From NCBI GenBank assembly GCA_051652765.1, contig JBOFUV010000015.1, positions 1 to 28,842 on the forward strand: a DNA stretch of 28,842 nucleotides. The letters are read 5' to 3'. Shown here piece after piece: positions 9,177 to 18,466 of this stretch. The DNA comes from Microcoleaceae cyanobacterium (GTDB lineage Bacteria; Cyanobacteriota; Cyanobacteriia; Cyanobacteriales; Microcoleaceae). How positions within the stretch are numbered: position 1 is the stretch's first letter; each line of letters opens with the position of its first letter. Under the pieces are notes generated by a model. It was not told where the DNA came from and ran no database searches. It saw only the letters and a list, made by a program, of their open reading frames with translations. Position numbers and translations under genes: made by a program.

Positions 9177-10199
9177 ATGCGCTTGGAGCAGTTGCAATCG
9201 TTTTTATCTGTTGCTGAAACTGGAAGTTTTCAACAGGCAGCGCGTCAATGCGGTGTGACTCAGTCTACCATTAGTCGTCAGGTACAGGGACTGGAGGGTG
9301 AGCTTGGTTTACCATTGTTTCACCGAACTGCTCAGGCTAAACTGACCGTTGGCGGAGAGAGATTTTGGCCCTATGCCCGCAAGATTTGCCAAGCTTGGCA
9401 GAGTGCTCAGGATGAACTATCCTCTCTTTTAGCTGGACAACAGCCAGAACTTTGTGTGGCGGCGATTCATTCTGTTTGTTCTTCTTATTTGCCTCCAGTG
9501 CTCCAGCGATTTTGCAAGGCGTATCCAGAGGTACAGTTGCGAGTGACCTCTTTGGGTAGCGATCGCGCCCTCAAGGTTTTGAAGGATGGCTTGGTTGATT
9601 TGGCTATAGTCATGAATAACCGTTCGTTCATTGCCAGTTCAGAGCTTCTAGTGGATGTCCTTTATCAGGAACCGATTGAAGTTCTGATGGCCCAAAACCA
9701 TCCCCTAGCCCAGTACATGCAGGTTCCCTGGCTAGAGTTGATTCGCTATCCTCAGGTTGTTTTCAAAGATGGCTATGGAATGCGTCGCCTAGTTCAAGAA
9801 AAGTTTAATCAGTTGGGGATTCCCTTAAAAGCAGCTTTGGAGCTGAATACATTGGATGCGTTTCGGGGGGTGGTGCGTCAGGGAGAACTCATTGCCCTAT
9901 TGCCCCGTTCAGCCTTGATTGAGGCTCGCACCGATCCAACTCTGGCGATTCGAGGAATTGCTCAGATTGGCAAGGAACTGGGCTCTTCTCCTCGAGACTT
10001 TACGGAAATTCACGAATTGCAACTGACCAATCCTGAGATTTCGGGTTTGGCTCTCCAACGAGAGGTGGTTGTCGTGACGACTCGGGATCGACTGCAAATT
10101 CCGCCAATTGAACGGTTCTGGGAACTGGTGCATGAGTTGATTCCGCCCAAGTCTGGCCCTCTCTACGAGGCATTGAACCTACATCGGATGACAGGATAA
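9177..10199 (+). CDS. ntcB: LysR-family nitrate assimilation transcriptional activator NtcB
   Basis: HTH MRLEQLQSFLSVAETGSFQQAARQCGVTQSTISRQ and QPELCVAAIHSVC, YPQVVFKDGYGM, VVTTRDRLQIPPI, typical of NtcB. NtcA promoter upstream and cnaT downstream. Confidence 0.88.
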   Translation: MRLEQLQSFLSVAETGSFQQAARQCGVTQSTISRQVQGLEGELGLPLFHRTAQAKLTVGGERFWPYARKICQAWQSAQDELSSLLAGQQPELCVAAIHSVCSSYLPPVLQRFCKAYPEVQLRVTSLGSDRALKVLKDGLVDLAIVMNNRSFIASSELLVDVLYQEPIEVLMAQNHPLAQYMQVPWLELIRYPQVVFKDGYGMRRLVQEKFNQLGIPLKAALELNTLDAFRGVVRQGELIALLPRSALIEARTDPTLAIRGIAQIGKELGSSPRDFTEIHELQLTNPEISGLALQREVVVVTTRDRLQIPPIERFWELVHELIPPKSGPLYEALNLHRMTG

Positions 10200-11294
10200 A
10201 TGAGCAACCTATTTCGAGACTTGTTGAAAAAGGTGGGCAGTGGCAACCACACGGGAGAGCATCTCAGTCGAGCAGAAGCGGCGGCGGCGATGAAGATGAT
10301 GCTGTGTCAAGATGCAACTCCAGCCCAGATTGGAGCTTTTCTGATTGCCCATCGCATCAAGCGACCTACGGGGGAAGAATTGGCAGGAATGCTAGATGCC
10401 TTTGAGGAACTAGGGCCGCAGCTACATCCAATTTCAACTCCACCGATGGTGTTTGGGTCTCCCTATGATGGGCGATCGCGCACGGCTGCAGTGACTCCTT
10501 TGACTGCCTTAATCCTGGCTACCGCCAGAATTCCAGTCATTCTGCATGGGGGTGATCAGATGCCAACCAAGGAAGGACTGCCTTTGATTGAAATTTGGCG
10601 ATCGCTAGGTGTGGACTGGGGATTGCTGACTCTAGCTGAAGTTCAGAAGACTTTAGAAACAACGGGAGTAGGGTTTGTCTATCTTCCGCGACATTTTCCC
10701 CAAGCTGAGGCCCTTGTGACCTACCGTCGAGAAATTGGCAAGCGACCTCCGATTGCCACCGCAGAATTAATCTGGGTTCCCTATCCTGGGCCTGTCATCC
10801 TCGCCTGTGGCTATGTGCATCCGCCTACGGAGCTTATGTTTCAGGATGCCTTGAGCCGTCGGGGAATTACAAACTACATTACGGTCAAAGGCTTGGAAGG
10901 AAGCTGCGATCTCCCCCGCGATCGCACCTGCATTATTGGAGTTCACGCTCTCGATCGAAAGCATCTGATCAACCCTGAAAACCAAAACGTTTCGTCTAAC
11001 CCTTCGTCTAGCATTTCATCTCAATTAGAACGGTTGCTACTTCATCCAGAAGACTATGGATTTGCTGGCAAAGAAGTCCCTTTCCAGCCAAAGGAAAATC
11101 TCCCTCGCGAGATCGGAGCAGTTCTTGCAGGTGAACCTGGGGATCTGACCCAAGCAACCTTGTGGAATGGAGGGTTTTACCTTTGGCAAGCAGGCGCTTG
11201 TCCAGACTTAGCCTCGGGGCTGTCAAAAGCTAAGTCACTGCTTTTCTCCGGTCAAGTTGCTGAAAAGTTAGAACAACTGGTTAATTCTTTCTAG
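10200..11294 (+). CDS. cnaT: CnaT, anthranilate phosphoribosyltransferase-like (glycosyltransferase family 3) protein
   Basis: LLKKVGSGNHTGEHLSRAEA, ATPAQIGAFLIAHRIKRPT, PYDGRSRTA, YRREIGKRPP, KGLEGSCDLP. The ATG immediately follows the ntcB stop codon. Confidence 0.82.
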   Translation: MSNLFRDLLKKVGSGNHTGEHLSRAEAAAAMKMMLCQDATPAQIGAFLIAHRIKRPTGEELAGMLDAFEELGPQLHPISTPPMVFGSPYDGRSRTAAVTPLTALILATARIPVILHGGDQMPTKEGLPLIEIWRSLGVDWGLLTLAEVQKTLETTGVGFVYLPRHFPQAEALVTYRREIGKRPPIATAELIWVPYPGPVILACGYVHPPTELMFQDALSRRGITNYITVKGLEGSCDLPRDRTCIIGVHALDRKHLINPENQNVSSNPSSSISSQLERLLLHPEDYGFAGKEVPFQPKENLPREIGAVLAGEPGDLTQATLWNGGFYLWQAGACPDLASGLSKAKSLLFSGQVAEKLEQLVNSF

Positions 11295-11542
11295 TCAGCT
11301 TTTCTCATTAATTACTTTTCTTATTCTTTTTTTAGTTACTTTTAGAACAACTTTTTAGTAATTTGCCTGGATTAATCTTGGAAGTTGGTTCAAATAAAGT
11401 AACACCCAACAAGCCTTGAAAAGCTTTGACCTAAGACTTTTAGTCTAAGGGTCTTGGCCTAGAAATCTCGCCATTTTAACACCAACCTACGAACCCAAAT
11501 CAAGCTTGACAACTCCCTGGAGCAATTGGTTAGAACTACTTT

Positions 11543-11776
11543 CTATAACATCTCTTCGGGAATGAGTTCAGGTCGGGCTAACTCATCAGACATCTCCATA
11601 ATCGCCCGCACAATGGGTTTAATTGTGGAGGCATCAGGATTATCAAACTCTTCAAATCGAAACCGCTTCGCTCGCTTGGCAATCTTAACCGTCATTTGAT
11701 AGCGACTCAAGGGGCCCGCCATCAACCCCTCAGCGCGACGCTGCAAATCCTCTCGTTCTGATTGTGCACTACTCAT
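11543..11776 (-). CDS. rpoZ: RNA polymerase omega subunit (cyanobacterial RpoZ/Ycf61-like), divergent
   Basis: 77 aa with RAE.L....SRY..TV.IAKRAKR.R.EEFD and KPIVRAIMEMSDEL..PE.I motifs. An in-frame TAG upstream fixes the start. Confidence 0.8.
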   Translation of the reverse strand: MSSAQSEREDLQRRAEGLMAGPLSRYQMTVKIAKRAKRFRFEEFDNPDASTIKPIVRAIMEMSDELARPELIPEEML

Positions 11777-12057
11777 TACAGTTTGGAACCACCTCTACAC
11801 CCATACTGTAAAGATTTTTGGTAAAATTTTTATTAAGATTATGTTAACAATTTCTTAACGGAACGGGCTGGCATCAAGTCCGACGCTTGCAGAGATTGGC
11901 GTTTTCCCACATTGCCTTGGCTCAAGATGGGAAAATTTCTCTCAAGTCCTATCCTCAGATTACAGCCTAGATTAAGCGCATCAACAAACTTCCTAATTTT
12001 GTCAGCATAATCAGGTATCTAGTAAAGCGTTGGGTCGCAGAAATTTAGGAGGTTAAG

Positions 12058-12651
12058 ATGCTTCGGAAATTCACAGAGATTGCGTTTACCCCAGGGGTTA
12101 AAGCCCTGCAGGAAAAGTTTGGTTCACGGGAAACTTATCAGCGTCTTGCAGAAAACGGCCCAGAAAATGACACTGTTGCTCCTAAAGTTGCTGATTTCAT
12201 TCGGGCAAGAACAAGTTTTTATTTGGGAACAGTCAATGAAAATGGTTGGCCCTATATTCAATTTCGTGGTGGGCCAGTTGGTTTCTTAAAAATTCTAGAT
12301 GAAAAGACCTTGGGTTTTGCAGATTTTGCTGGAAATAGTCAGTACGTTACGATTGGGAACTTATCCAACGATGATCGGGTATTTCTATTTTTGATGGACT
12401 ATGCAAACCGTCGTCGGTTGAAAATTTGGGGGCGGGCCAAGGTGGTTTACAATGATTCAGAATGCATGAGTCAATTGCTTGATCCAAACTATTCAGCCAC
12501 TCCTGAACGGGCTCTAATCATTACCATTGAAGCCTGGGATTGGAACTGTCATCAACATATCCCGATTCAATATTCTGAAGCTGAAGTTGAAGCCATGATT
12601 GCTCCTCTACAAGATCGAATTCAAGCATTAGAAGCTCAGCTTGCCCAGTAA
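12058..12651 (+). CDS. Pyridoxamine 5'-phosphate oxidase-like FMN-binding protein
   Basis: FYLGTVNENGWPYIQFRGGPVGFLKILDEKTLGFADFAGNSQY...FLMDYANRRRLKIWG...WDWNCHQHIP. AGGAGG RBS upstream. Confidence 0.88.
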   Translation: MLRKFTEIAFTPGVKALQEKFGSRETYQRLAENGPENDTVAPKVADFIRARTSFYLGTVNENGWPYIQFRGGPVGFLKILDEKTLGFADFAGNSQYVTIGNLSNDDRVFLFLMDYANRRRLKIWGRAKVVYNDSECMSQLLDPNYSATPERALIITIEAWDWNCHQHIPIQYSEAEVEAMIAPLQDRIQALEAQLAQ

Positions 12652-13029
12652 ATTATTTGCAGCAGTGCACAAGAAGACTGGATGAGGATTCTCCCACTCA
12701 CCGAATAGTTTTTTGTTTTCAGCCCATTCGTTTCTCCAGCATCTTGCCTGACTTGAGCCGTTGAGATGGCCATCCTGCCGGATTCAAAATTGCCGTTTTT
12801 GCTAGTTTGGCCCCCATGCTTTCCTCCGATTTCTGCTGAAGATCCTGACTGAAAGATTCCTGGTGGAAGATCTCTGCTGCAAAGATTTCTGCTGAAACAG
12901 GTCAAACAGTAAATTAAGCAATATAGTTGGCAGAGAGTCCCAGAACGATTACTCTTTTCTTGAGTAGATTTTTATTTGGTAATCTACAACAGACGTTCTG
13001 ATTATTAGAGTTTAGAAGGTTAATTTCCT

Positions 13030-14943
13030 ATGACTGCCACTCAGACCCGCTTTCCCATTGATTTGGGTGCTTATCAGAAACTCACACTTGACCCCGCCAA
13101 CCCTACTCTCACCGATGAGCAACGGGCGGCCCTAAAAGCCAATATTCATCTCTGTCGTGACGCTATTGTGTTTTTCACGGTTACTGGAGCCGCCCGAGGA
13201 GTGGGTGGACATACAGGCGGCCCCTACGATACGGTGCCAGAAGTCGTAATTATGGATGCTCTCTTTCGGGGCAAGCCTGACCAGTTTGTGCCTATTTTCT
13301 TTGATGAGGCGGGACACCGGGTGGCAACGCAGTATTTGATGTCTGTGCTATACGGCGAAATGGCTGCGGAACAGTTAATGAGTTATCGTGCTGCCAATTC
13401 CAAGCTTCCTGGACATCCTGAACTTGGACTCACCCCCGGAGTGAAGTTTAGTTCCGGTCGGCTCGGTCACATGTGGCCCTATGTCAACGGTGTGGCCCTA
13501 GCGAACCCCGGCAAAACTGTATTCTGTTTAGGGTCAGATGGATCTCAACAGGAAGGCAACGATGCTGAAGCGGCTCGGTTGGCAGTTGCCCAACATATCA
13601 ATGTCAAGTTAATTATTGATGATAACGATGTCACCATCGCAGGTCACCCCTCCAAATATCTTCCGGGCTACAGCGTGGCCAAAACCCTAGAAGGTCATGG
13701 CGTGAAAGTGCTCGAAGGTGACGGGGAAGATGTGGACGGAGTCTATGCCCGAATTTGTGAAGCAGTTAACACCCCTGGCCCAGTTGCGGTAATTAATAAG
13801 CGACCCATGTGCCCCGGTATTGAAGGACTGGAAGGTTCTAACCATGGTCATGATGTGATTTCCGTTGAACTAGCCTTGAAGTATCTAGAAGCCCGTGGTC
13901 ACAGTGCAGCGGTAGATGTGATCAAAGGAATTCAGAAGCCGAAGCAAGACTATCAATTCTTGGGAATTAGCGACAAGTGGGACTCCAACCGCAATATTTT
14001 TGGTAGTGCTGTGGTCGGTATCTTGGGCCAGATGAGCGAACAAGACCGCAAAGCCAAGGTGCTCGTTATAGATAGCGACCTAGAAGGTTCCTGTGGCCTA
14101 AAGAAAATCCATGATGCCCACCCTGAGGTCTTCATTCCTTCCGGCATTATGGAGCGGGGCAACCTCTCTGCTGCGGCTGGTTTTGGGATGGAGGAAGGCA
14201 AGCAAGGTATTTTTGCAACCTTTGCGGCGTTCTTGGAAATGTGTATTTCCGAAATTACCATGGCCCGCTTGAACTATTCCAACCTACTCTGTCACTTCTC
14301 CCACTCCGGGATTGATGACATGGCGGACAACACCTGCCACTTCGGTATCAACAACATGTTTGCTGATAACGGTTTGGATGATGGTTATGAGACTCGCCTC
14401 TACTTCCCCGCTGACCCCCACCAGATGAAGGCTTGTGTGGACTCCATCTTCTTTGATCGGGGTCTCCGGTTTATCTTCTCCACCCGTTCCAAAACTCCGA
14501 TTTTGTTGGATGCCAGTGGGAACGAACTTTACGGTTCTGGTTACAAATTTGTGCCTGGAAAAGATGAGGTCGTTCGAGAAGGATCTGCAGGGTACATTGT
14601 TGCCTTTGGAGATACGGTTTACCGGGCGTTAGATGCCGTAGAGCGGTTGAAGCAAGAAGGGATTGACGTGGGCCTGATCAACAAGGCAACCCTAAACATG
14701 GTTGATGAAGAGATCATGGCGAAGATTGGGAAATCTCCCTTTGTTCTCGTGGCTGAAGCCTTTAACCGCCGCACAGGTCTGGGAAGCCGCTTTGGCAGTT
14801 GGTTGCTAGAGCGGGGCTATACTCCCAAGTATGCCTATCTGGGAACCCACAAGGAAGGCTGCGGTGGTCTTTGGGAACAATATCCTTATCAAGGAATTGA
14901 CCCCGTTGGCATGATGAACAAGGTGAAATCCTTGATTGGGTAA
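13030..14943 (+). CDS. Transketolase-like thiamine diphosphate-dependent enzyme (non-canonical subfamily)
   Basis: GGHTGG, DEAGH, LPGHPE, SSGRLGH, ThDP motif variant GSDGSQQEG...DDN, GIMERG, FATFAAF, HSG. Has the N-terminal, pyrimidine-binding and C-terminal domain layout. Confidence 0.82.
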   Translation: MTATQTRFPIDLGAYQKLTLDPANPTLTDEQRAALKANIHLCRDAIVFFTVTGAARGVGGHTGGPYDTVPEVVIMDALFRGKPDQFVPIFFDEAGHRVATQYLMSVLYGEMAAEQLMSYRAANSKLPGHPELGLTPGVKFSSGRLGHMWPYVNGVALANPGKTVFCLGSDGSQQEGNDAEAARLAVAQHINVKLIIDDNDVTIAGHPSKYLPGYSVAKTLEGHGVKVLEGDGEDVDGVYARICEAVNTPGPVAVINKRPMCPGIEGLEGSNHGHDVISVELALKYLEARGHSAAVDVIKGIQKPKQDYQFLGISDKWDSNRNIFGSAVVGILGQMSEQDRKAKVLVIDSDLEGSCGLKKIHDAHPEVFIPSGIMERGNLSAAAGFGMEEGKQGIFATFAAFLEMCISEITMARLNYSNLLCHFSHSGIDDMADNTCHFGINNMFADNGLDDGYETRLYFPADPHQMKACVDSIFFDRGLRFIFSTRSKTPILLDASGNELYGSGYKFVPGKDEVVREGSAGYIVAFGDTVYRALDAVERLKQEGIDVGLINKATLNMVDEEIMAKIGKSPFVLVAEAFNRRTGLGSRFGSWLLERGYTPKYAYLGTHKEGCGGLWEQYPYQGIDPVGMMNKVKSLIG

Positions 14944-15006
14944 ATTGACGGGTGTACCACTAGACTAGGCTGCTTGTGAGCTGGATATTTTGTCCACTCA
15001 GGTTTA

Positions 15007-15029
15007 GGAGCAGGTGAGATGCCTGCTCC
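15007..15029. terminator. Hairpin between the convergent transketolase-like gene and glcD
   Basis: GGAGCAGG (15007-15014) / CCTGCTCC (15022-15029) form a perfect 8-bp stem. No clear U-tract. Confidence 0.5.
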
Positions 15030-15121
15030 ACAAATAGTTAAGGGTTCCAAAGTTTTAGTGGTGCATCATGCTAGCTGGGTAGAGATGTTGAATGAACGTC
15101 TTTACCCACTAGTCAATAGTA

Positions 15122-16633
15122 CTAAAACAGCTCGGCCCCTTTGAACGATTCTGTTTTTTGCTGAGTTTTTGCCCCTTCCCCACAGGTTCGGGGGGTAGGA
15201 AATAGCTTGCCGGGATTGGCCAAACCCTTGGGGTTGAACACTTCTCGTACCCAAGTCATGGTTTCTAGATCAATTTCAGTAAACATTTCCGGCATATAAC
15301 ACTTTTTATCAGCGCCAATGCCATGTTCACCGGAGAGGCTGCCACCAACTTTGACACAAAGCTTGAGAATTGCTCCGCCAATTTCCTCAACGGTTTCTAA
15401 GGCTCCTGGAACAGAATTATCATAAAGAATCAAAGGATGTAAGTTGCCATCGCCAGCATGAAATACATTGGCAATTCGATACCCATACTGTTGGCTCAAG
15501 GCTTCGATTTCCTTTAACACATAAGCCATTTGGGTGCGCGGAATCACCCCATCTTGAACGTAGTAATCTGGGCTCATGTGACCTGCCGCAGCAAAAGCAG
15601 CTTTTCGACCTTTCCAAATCTTTTGTCGCTGTTCAGGATCGGAGGCACTGGTAACGTTTCCGGCTCCATTCTGTTTGCAGATTTCAGCAATTCGGTGTTT
15701 GTTAGTGGCAATTTCGACCTCTAGACCGTCTACTTCTACCAACAAAATTGCCCCCGCATCCCGTGGATAGAGCCCCGTATTGACAACGTCTTCAACGGCA
15801 TTAATACTAAGGTTATCCATGATCTCCATCCCTCCTGGAATCATGCCAGCGCTAATAATATCAGAGACGGCCCCCCCCGCAGCTTCAAGGGTGGGAAAAT
15901 CTGCCAGGATGACACAGACCGACTCCGGTGCTTTGAGAATTCTCAGGGTGATTTCTGTGGCAATCCCCAGGGTTCCCTCTGACCCCACAAACAGACCCAT
16001 CAAATCATAACCGGGCATTTCAGGGACTTGTCCACCCAGATCAACCACAGAACCCTCTGGCGTGACGACTTTCAATCCGAGAACGTGATTGGTAGTCACG
16101 CCATACTTCAAGCAATGAACCCCACCGGAGTTCTCTGCTACATTGCCCCCAATAGAACAGATAATCTGACTGGAAGGATCGGGGGCATAGTAAAACCCTG
16201 AACCGCTGACCGCTTGTGTTACCCAGTTGTTGATCACTCCGGGCTGCACCACAACTTGCTGATTTTCTAGGTCAATTTTGAGGATTTTTCGCATCAGAGC
16301 CGTGACAATCAAGACACAATCCTCTGTGGGCAGGGCTCCTCCTGACAGCCCTGTTCCCGCGCCCCTCGCAACCCACGGTAAATTTAGGCGATCGCAAATC
16401 CTAACCGACTCAGCAACTTCTGCCGTAGTTCGGGGTAAAATCACCAAGGCTGGACGTTGACGGTAGCTCGTGAGTCCATCGCATTCATAAACGAGCAATT
16501 CCTCTCGTCGCTGAATTACGCCCCCGCGACTGACAACGGCCTCAAACTGCTTGGCAATCGATTTCCAGTGCGGCTGGTTATTGTTCGATTTGTTACTGTT
16601 CGGTCTGTTTTGCTGTTGGTCTTGGGTAAGCAT
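15122..16633 (-). CDS. glcD: Glycolate dehydrogenase/oxidase FAD-binding subunit GlcD
   Basis: YECDGLTSYRQRP, ARGAGTGLSGGA, YYAPDPSSQIICSIGGNVAENSGGVHCLKYGVT, GSEGTLG, FHAGDGNLHP, SGEHGIG, NPGKLFP. Confidence 0.93.
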   Translation of the reverse strand: MLTQDQQQNRPNSNKSNNNQPHWKSIAKQFEAVVSRGGVIQRREELLVYECDGLTSYRQRPALVILPRTTAEVAESVRICDRLNLPWVARGAGTGLSGGALPTEDCVLIVTALMRKILKIDLENQQVVVQPGVINNWVTQAVSGSGFYYAPDPSSQIICSIGGNVAENSGGVHCLKYGVTTNHVLGLKVVTPEGSVVDLGGQVPEMPGYDLMGLFVGSEGTLGIATEITLRILKAPESVCVILADFPTLEAAGGAVSDIISAGMIPGGMEIMDNLSINAVEDVVNTGLYPRDAGAILLVEVDGLEVEIATNKHRIAEICKQNGAGNVTSASDPEQRQKIWKGRKAAFAAAGHMSPDYYVQDGVIPRTQMAYVLKEIEALSQQYGYRIANVFHAGDGNLHPLILYDNSVPGALETVEEIGGAILKLCVKVGGSLSGEHGIGADKKCYMPEMFTEIDLETMTWVREVFNPKGLANPGKLFPTPRTCGEGAKTQQKTESFKGAELF

Positions 16634-16764
16634 CACATTACTGATAACGGAACTGATAACGGATTAAAAACTAATAACAGACTAAAACAGGTTAAAACTT
16701 GTCGAAGGTGCAGGCTGGGGTTAACAATGAAGGCAGGCCACTAAAATCCTAGTCTAACAAACCC

Positions 16765-16968
16765 ATGAAAGACTTTTTTGTAAACGTCTCTCGCTATCCT
16801 CGGTACTTTATTACCTTTACTTTGGGGATTTTCTTCGCCCTGTTTGGGTGGCTCAAGCCCCTGTTAGCTAAACCTGCCACAGCGATCGCTCTGTTTGGCC
16901 TAGTAGGGGGGACAATCGCCTTTACGTTTTTTACTCTACGAGCTATGTTGGGACTAAGTCCAGTTTAA
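16765..16968 (+). CDS. DUF751 family small membrane protein
   Basis: DFFVNVSRYPRYFITFTLG...TLRAMLG motif with two hydrophobic helices. Confidence 0.85.
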   Translation: MKDFFVNVSRYPRYFITFTLGIFFALFGWLKPLLAKPATAIALFGLVGGTIAFTFFTLRAMLGLSPV

Positions 16969-16999
16969 TTGGTGGCAACTGGCAACTTTCAGTGATAGA

Positions 17000-17042
17000 G
17001 GAGTCGGAGATCAGCTCAAGCTTGATCCCGGCTCCACTTTTT
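17000..17042 (+). terminator. Intrinsic terminator after DUF751
   Basis: GGAGTCGG-a-GATCA / TGATC-CCGGCTCC stem (17000-17035) followed by acTTTTT. Confidence 0.6.
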
Positions 17043-17059
17043 GTGATAGTTCTCGTTAA

Positions 17060-18028
17060 CTAACGCTCTCGCTGCTGGGTATCCTGAACATCTGGAGTTA
17101 CAGAACTTTCAGGATCGGTTTCTGGAGGACTCAGGGACTCAGATTTATCCGCTTCAGGCCGATCCGCTTTAGGAGATGGAATAGCCTGTGGTAAAGCCTC
17201 AGACTCAGGGACGATCTCAAGACCACCCTGTTTTTGAATCTGATCCTTGTAGGCTGCTGGAGCAATCTCTGCGGCTTTTGCAAAGAGCGGTTCAGCTTCG
17301 TTGAGGTTCCCCTGCTCTTTCAAAACAATGGCTTTGGCTAGCACGGGTCGAAAATCTTGTTCATTGGCCTTGATCGCCTCGTCATAGATCGCGATCGCCT
17401 CACTGTATCGCTTTTGTTCAGCGTAGACCTGTCCCAAAATCAACTGTACAGAGGTTTCGTCAATACTTCCTGGTTGAGCTTGATTGGCTTGAGGGGATGC
17501 TTTTAGGGTTTCTTGCAAGAGACCAATTGCTGCCTCTGGACGTTGTTGAGTCAAGAGTAGATTTACATATCCTTGCAGAGCTTGAACCTGTCCGGGCTGC
17601 TTTTCGAGAATGGTGCGGTAGGTTTGGGCTGCTGCTTCTTGGTTCCCGGTGTACTGTCGAGCTTGTGCCAAAAGAATGCTGTACTCTGTCGTCTCAGGAT
17701 GCATCTCTGAGAGTTGCTCTAAGGGACTCACTACATCTTTGACATCGCCTTGACCGAGGCTAATGAGCTCCAGTTTTGCTTGTAAAAAACCTCGCAATGC
17801 AGTTTCATTCTTGGGTTCTCGCTGCAATACCATTTCATAGCCCCTGGCCTGAGCCTGCAGATCTGCTTGCTGACTTTGAGCAACCTGTGCAGGAGTTGGC
17901 GTTGCCGCCGGACGAGGCTGACTCGCTCCAAAAATCCCACCTAGAAGTGGCCCCAGAGAAAATCCAACAAAGGCAATCAGGGACAATATTAGGACAACCC
18001 CAAGAAGGCCACGACGCTTGTTCACCAT
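17060..18028 (-). CDS. Membrane-anchored tetratricopeptide repeat protein
   Basis: N-terminal TM helix, then ARGYEMVLQREPKNETALRG and TPR-like helices (LILGQVYAEQKRYSEAIAIYDEAIKANEQDFRPVLAKAIVL). Low-complexity tail. Confidence 0.85.
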   Translation of the reverse strand: MVNKRRGLLGVVLILSLIAFVGFSLGPLLGGIFGASQPRPAATPTPAQVAQSQQADLQAQARGYEMVLQREPKNETALRGFLQAKLELISLGQGDVKDVVSPLEQLSEMHPETTEYSILLAQARQYTGNQEAAAQTYRTILEKQPGQVQALQGYVNLLLTQQRPEAAIGLLQETLKASPQANQAQPGSIDETSVQLILGQVYAEQKRYSEAIAIYDEAIKANEQDFRPVLAKAIVLKEQGNLNEAEPLFAKAAEIAPAAYKDQIQKQGGLEIVPESEALPQAIPSPKADRPEADKSESLSPPETDPESSVTPDVQDTQQRER

Positions 18029-18466
18029 GGAATTCTAGACCTCTAAAACTGACTGAGAACAGATCCTAAAGTACACGCTAAAAGTGCCAAGAATGGCACA
18101 GTAATCGATATCTTACAGCTAATATAGTAGCAGACCCATCACTCTAAAATTTGCGCTTTAGCGATCTTTGCCTCCGATCGGCCAACACAAGCTAAATGAA
18201 CTTTGATATGAGTCCCGCGAAAATTTTCCAACTCCAGTTGCAACAAGAATTGCAGTTGATTAACCGTGTTCTGATTTTTAAGCGTGTTCTGATCTGTTCG
18301 TTTAGCGATTGGATTGAGTACAATAGGCAGATTGACCAAAATTTTCTGCACTCATTCTTTCACTTGCTCAATCCACTGTCAGCCTAGGGTCAGTGGACAG
18401 AGTTCGTGTCTGAAGTTTAGTTCCCAGAGTTCCGTTAAGGGCTTGTCTCCGCTGCTAAGAGGTTCT

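Noticed and set aside
12636..12905. 89-aa minus ORF between the PNPOx-like and transketolase-like genes, also inspected for a TPP riboswitch
   Set aside because: No family motif or RBS, and no CTGAGA/ACCTG TPP-aptamer core seen.
18314..18466. N-terminal 51-codon extension from TTG 18314
   Set aside because: The composition is not protein-like, it overlaps a likely -10 element, and ATG 18467 has a good RBS.
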